From: Acidobacteriota bacterium
GTDB taxonomy: Bacteria > Acidobacteriota > UBA4820 > DSQY01
Length of the DNA: 33,518 bases
Direction of reading: 5' to 3'
NCBI GenBank assembly: GCA_040758175.1
Contig: JBFLVU010000001.1
Coordinates: 6,789 to 40,306, forward strand
The notes beneath the pieces were generated by a model, which saw only the letters and a program-made list of their open reading frames with translations, did not search any database and was not told where the DNA came from. Each line of letters begins with the position of its first letter. Positions within the stretch are counted from its first letter, which is position 1. The position numbers and the translations under genes are program-made. Of this stretch, positions 30,142 through 33,518 are shown piece by piece.

Positions 30142-30618
30142 ATGAGCGCCGCCCTCCGGTTCTTGAAGATGGTGACCTTCTGGGAACTCCTGAAGGGCAT
30201 GGGGGTCACCCACAAGTACATGGTGAAGCCGAAGGTCACCGAGCTCTACCCCGATGTCCGGCCGGTGCTCCCCTACCGGACCAAGGGCCGGCTCCACGTG
30301 GAGATCGAGACGTGCATCTCCTGCCGCATGTGCGAGAAGGCCTGCCCCGAGGGGTGCATCAAGGTCTACCCTCCGCCCAAGGAGGTCTTCAAGACCGACA
30401 AGCGCCCGGCGGAGTTCTACCTGAACCAGGAGCACTGCCTGCACTGCGGGCTCTGCGTGGACCCCTGCCCCACGGGATCCATCCACCATTCTCACGAGTT
30501 CGAACTGGTGGTTTTTGACCACAGGGAACTGCTCTTCGATCGTGAAACGCTGCCCTACGATTTGGATCAGACCCGGTATCGGTGGAACTGGATCGAGAAC
30601 GTTCCGGTGAAGAAGTGA
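30142..30618 (+). CDS. nuoI: NADH-quinone oxidoreductase subunit I (2x[4Fe-4S])
   Basis: CISCRMCEKACP and CLHCGLCVDPCP. Confidence 0.95.
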   Translation: MSAALRFLKMVTFWELLKGMGVTHKYMVKPKVTELYPDVRPVLPYRTKGRLHVEIETCISCRMCEKACPEGCIKVYPPPKEVFKTDKRPAEFYLNQEHCLHCGLCVDPCPTGSIHHSHEFELVVFDHRELLFDRETLPYDLDQTRYRWNWIENVPVKK

Positions 30619-30624
30619 TGGATC

Positions 30625-30713
30625 CTCGCGGGGGAGCGAGGGGCGCTGAAGAAGAAAGAGGTACTGGACTTTCTTGAGGTGATTTCTCCGCGGTCTCCGC
30701 GTCTCCGCGGTGA
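30625..30713. repeat. Degenerate 9-nt-period palindromic element between nuoI and nuoJ
   Basis: Right arm CTCCGCGGT-CTCCGCGT-CTCCGCGGT-GA (30686-30713), same geometry as 15658-15686; decayed left arm at ~30625-30653. Confidence 0.65.
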
Positions 30714-30737
30714 GAAGGGCATTTGGGAGGAGAGGGG

Positions 30738-31274
30738 ATGACGGTCTTTTCGATCCTGCTCGCGGCGGTCATCGTGGCGTGTGCGCTCGGAGTGGTCTTC
30801 GCGCGCAGTCCCATCACGGCCGCCGTCTCGCTCCTGGTGGGCTTCCTCGGCCTCGCGGTCCTCTACCTGGCCCTCCATGCCGAATTCGTGGCGGCGGTCC
30901 AGGTGCTGGTGTACGCTGGCGGCATCATGGTCCTGTACCTTTTCGGTATCATGCTGGTGGACAACCAGGTGCTCCGGCTGACGCGCCAGGTTCACTTCCA
31001 GGCCTGGCCGGCCTTCGTCCTCGTCCTGGCGCTCTTCCTCTGGATGGGCCACCGTCTCTACCACAGCGAATACGCCGCGCTCCCGGGGGGGCGTCCCGCG
31101 GCCACGGCGACCGCCGATGCGGAGTCGTCCGAATCACCCTCCCCGGCGGCGGACAACACGCGTAGGATCGCCAAGGTGCTTTACGGCGATTTCCTCTACC
31201 CCTTCGAAGCGGCCTCCATCCTTCTCCTCGTGGCGGTGGTCGGCGGCGTCTTCCTGGCGAAGAAGGAGGTCTGA
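30738..31274 (+). CDS. nuoJ: NADH-quinone oxidoreductase subunit J
   Basis: AEFVAAVQVLVYAGGIMVLYLFGIML, YPFEAASILLLVAVVG; GGAGG RBS. Confidence 0.94.
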   Translation: MTVFSILLAAVIVACALGVVFARSPITAAVSLLVGFLGLAVLYLALHAEFVAAVQVLVYAGGIMVLYLFGIMLVDNQVLRLTRQVHFQAWPAFVLVLALFLWMGHRLYHSEYAALPGGRPAATATADAESSESPSPAADNTRRIAKVLYGDFLYPFEAASILLLVAVVGGVFLAKKEV

Positions 31275-31275
31275 C

Positions 31276-31575
31276 GTGTCCACCCCGGCGCTGGTCCTGG
31301 TGGGTTTTCTCCTCTTCTGTCTCGGGATCTTCGGGGTCCTCGCGAGACGGAACTTCATCGTCGTCCTCCTGTCCATCGAGTTGATCTTCGCCGGGGCAGG
31401 CCTGAATTTCGTGGCTTTCTCCGACCTCTGGCAGAACCTGACGGGACAGGTCTTCACGGTCTTCCTCATCGCCGTGGCCGCCGGGGAAGCGGCCGTAGGC
31501 CTCGGACTCCTCATCGCCCTCTACCGGGTGAAACACACCGCCAACGTGGACGAAGCCAGGGAGTTGAAGGGATGA
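31276..31575 (+). CDS. nuoK: NADH-quinone oxidoreductase subunit K
   Basis: RRNFIVVLLSIEL, GQVFTVFLIAVAAGEAAVGL; GTG start with AAGGAGG RBS. Confidence 0.94.
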   Translation: MSTPALVLVGFLLFCLGIFGVLARRNFIVVLLSIELIFAGAGLNFVAFSDLWQNLTGQVFTVFLIAVAAGEAAVGLGLLIALYRVKHTANVDEARELKG

Positions 31576-31608
31576 ATTCCGGATTTGGAGCTTCGTATTT
31601 GGAATGTG
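31574..31608. repeat. Degenerate AT-rich heptamer tandem repeat at the nuoK/nuoL junction
   Basis: GAATTCC-GGATTTG-GAGCTTC-GTATTTG-GAATGTG. Confidence 0.55.
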
Positions 31609-31663
31609 CCGGTCCCCACGCCCTCGCCGGCTCCCTGAGAGGATTCCGGGCGGGAGGTGACGC

Positions 31664-33518
31664 ATGACCGCCGTGCAACTTCTCTGGCTGATACCCGTGC
31701 TGCCGGCGCTTGGGGCGCTGGTGAACGGCGCCTTCGGGTGGAAGTGGGAGCACGGGAACCGGAAGGTGATTTCGGCGGTGGCGCTGTGCGCGACGGGGCT
31801 GGCGCTGGCGCTGGCGCTGTGGAACATCGCGGTGCTGTACGGGATGGACTTTGGGGCGCTGCCGGCGCTTCCGTCGAACGTGACGGCGGACGCGGCGCAC
31901 CGAAGCCTGAGCCTGCACCTGTGCGATTGGATCCCGGCGGGGACGTTCGTGACGGGCCTGGGGGCGCTGGGGTCGTTCCGGGTGGAGTGGCTGTTCGTGC
32001 TGGACCCGCTGTCGGCGGTGATGCTGTTCGTGGTGTGCTTCGTGGGGTTTCTGATCCACGTGTACAGCGTGGGCTACATGGCGCACGACGAGGGGTACTT
32101 CCGGTTTTTCGCCTACCTGAACCTGTTCATGGCGATGATGCTGACGCTGGTTCTGGGGGGGAACTACCTGGTGATGTTCATCGGGTGGGAGGGGGTGGGT
32201 CTGTGCTCCTACCTGCTGATCGGGTTCTACTACAAGAAGGACTGGTGCGCGGACGCGGGGAAGAAGGCGTTTCTGACGAACCGGATCGGAGACATGGGCT
32301 TCGCGGCGGGGCTGATGCTGATCCTGTACTGGTTCGGGACGCTGGACATGGACCGGGTGAACGCGCTGGCGGTGACGGGGTCGGTGCCGGGGTGGGTGCT
32401 GACGGCGGCGGGGATCCTGCTGTTCGTGGGGGCGACGGGGAAGAGCGCGCAGCTACCTCTGTACGTGTGGCTTCCGGACGCGATGGCGGGTCCGACGCCG
32501 GTGTCGGCGCTGATCCACGCGGCGACGATGGTGACGTCGGGTGTGTACCTGGTGGCGCGAAGCAACGGGATCTACAGCATGAGCCCGACGGCGCTGATGG
32601 TGGTGGCGGGGGTTGGGGCGGCGACGGCGCTGTTCGCGGCGACGATCGGGCTGGTGCAGAACGACATCAAGAAGGTGCTGGCGTACTCGACGGTGAGCCA
32701 GCTGGGGTACATGTTTCTGGGGGTGGGCGTGGGGGCGTCGGGGGCGGGGATCTTCCACCTGTACACGCACGCGTTTTTCAAGGCGCTGCTGTTCCTGGGG
32801 TCGGGGTCGGTGATCCACGCCATGAGCGGGGAGCAGGACATCCGGAAGATGGGGCAGTTGTGGGGCCGGATTCCGACGACGTACAAGACGTTCCTGGTGG
32901 GGTGCCTGGCCATCGCGGGGATCCCGGGGCTGTCGGGGTTTTTCAGCAAGGACGAGATCCTGTGGCAGGCCTTTTCGAGCGCGCACGGTCCGGGGCACTT
33001 CCCGGCCTCCTTCGCGAAGGCGCTGTGGATCGTGGGGGTGTGCGCGGCGGCGATGACGGCCTTCTACATGTTCCGGCTGCTGTACCTGACGTTCCACAAC
33101 AGCGACCGGGTGAGCCACGAGGCCGGCCACCACGTGCACGAGAGCCCGAGGACGATGACGGGGGTTCTGGCGGTGCTGGCGGTGGGCTCGGTGGTCGTCG
33201 GGTGGGTGGGCCTGCCGAAGATCTGGCTCTCCGGCCACGAGAACTTCTGGGAGCGGTGGCTCCACCCCATCCTGTACACGCCGCACGCGGCGGCGCACGG
33301 GGAAGCGGCGGTCCACAGCGCGGCGGCCGAGTGGGGGGCCATGGGCCTGAGCGTCCTGGTGGCCCTCCTAGGGATCACGGCCGCGACCCTGTGGTACCGG
33401 CGGGAGACGGGGACGCCCTCGAAGCTCGCCCTGGCCCTCAAGGCCCCCTACCGCCTCCTCCTCAACAAGTACTTCGTGGACGAGGTCTACTCCGCCGCCT
33501 TCATCCGTCCCCTGGTCA
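31664..33518 (+). CDS. nuoL: NADH-quinone oxidoreductase subunit L (3'-truncated by the window)
   Basis: Manual translation: MTAVQLLWLIP...IHVYSVGYM...FIGWEGVGLCSYLLIGF...KKAFLTNRIGD...GKSAQLPLYVWLPDAMAGPTPVSALIHAATMV...NDIKKVLAYSTVSQLGYM; GGAGG RBS. Confidence 0.96.
   Translation, partial: MTAVQLLWLIPVLPALGALVNGAFGWKWEHGNRKVISAVALCATGLALALALWNIAVLYGMDFGALPALPSNVTADAAHRSLSLHLCDWIPAGTFVTGLGALGSFRVEWLFVLDPLSAVMLFVVCFVGFLIHVYSVGYMAHDEGYFRFFAYLNLFMAMMLTLVLGGNYLVMFIGWEGVGLCSYLLIGFYYKKDWCADAGKKAFLTNRIGDMGFAAGLMLILYWFGTLDMDRVNALAVTGSVPGWVLTAAGILLFVGATGKSAQLPLYVWLPDAMAGPTPVSALIHAATMVTSGVYLVARSNGIYSMSPTALMVVAGVGAATALFAATIGLVQNDIKKVLAYSTVSQLGYMFLGVGVGASGAGIFHLYTHAFFKALLFLGSGSVIHAMSGEQDIRKMGQLWGRIPTTYKTFLVGCLAIAGIPGLSGFFSKDEILWQAFSSAHGPGHFPASFAKALWIVGVCAAAMTAFYMFRLLYLTFHNSDRVSHEAGHHVHESPRTMTGVLAVLAVGSVVVGWVGLPKIWLSGHENFWERWLHPILYTPHAAAHGEAAVHSAAAEWGAMGLSVLVALLGITAATLWYRRETGTPSKLALALKAPYRLLLNKYFVDEVYSAAFIRPLV

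Overview
High-GC bacterial chromosomal segment, mostly housekeeping genes; an Acidobacteriota-like or deltaproteobacterial origin is inferred, not proven. In order: (1) a minus-strand heat-shock operon dnaK-hsp20-dnaJ-hspR-alternative sigma70 factor, followed by a secreted TPR protein, driven by a sigma70 promoter with a HAIR-like HspR operator over its -35 element; (2) divergent tgt; (3) a ~1735-aa secreted multi-Ig, Ca-binding surface protein behind a sigma54 promoter and IHF-like site, ending in an unrecognised C-terminal domain; (4) a ~156-nt long-hairpin intergenic element; (5) a minus-strand tolC-MFP-RND-PII-like operon followed by uvrB; (6) tRNA-Gln(CTG) and tRNA-Glu(CTC); (7) acyl-CoA dehydrogenase and pcrA/uvrD; (8) a complex-I-like operon nuoABCDHIJKL (nuoL truncated by the window edge) lacking nuoEFG. 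No integrase, transposase or CRISPR array was found. The most unusual signals are short-period (7/9-nt) repeat elements at operon gene junctions, each carrying a mini-ORF coupled to the flanking genes, and an extreme G-ending codon skew in nuoL that begins just after one of these elements and fades along the gene.
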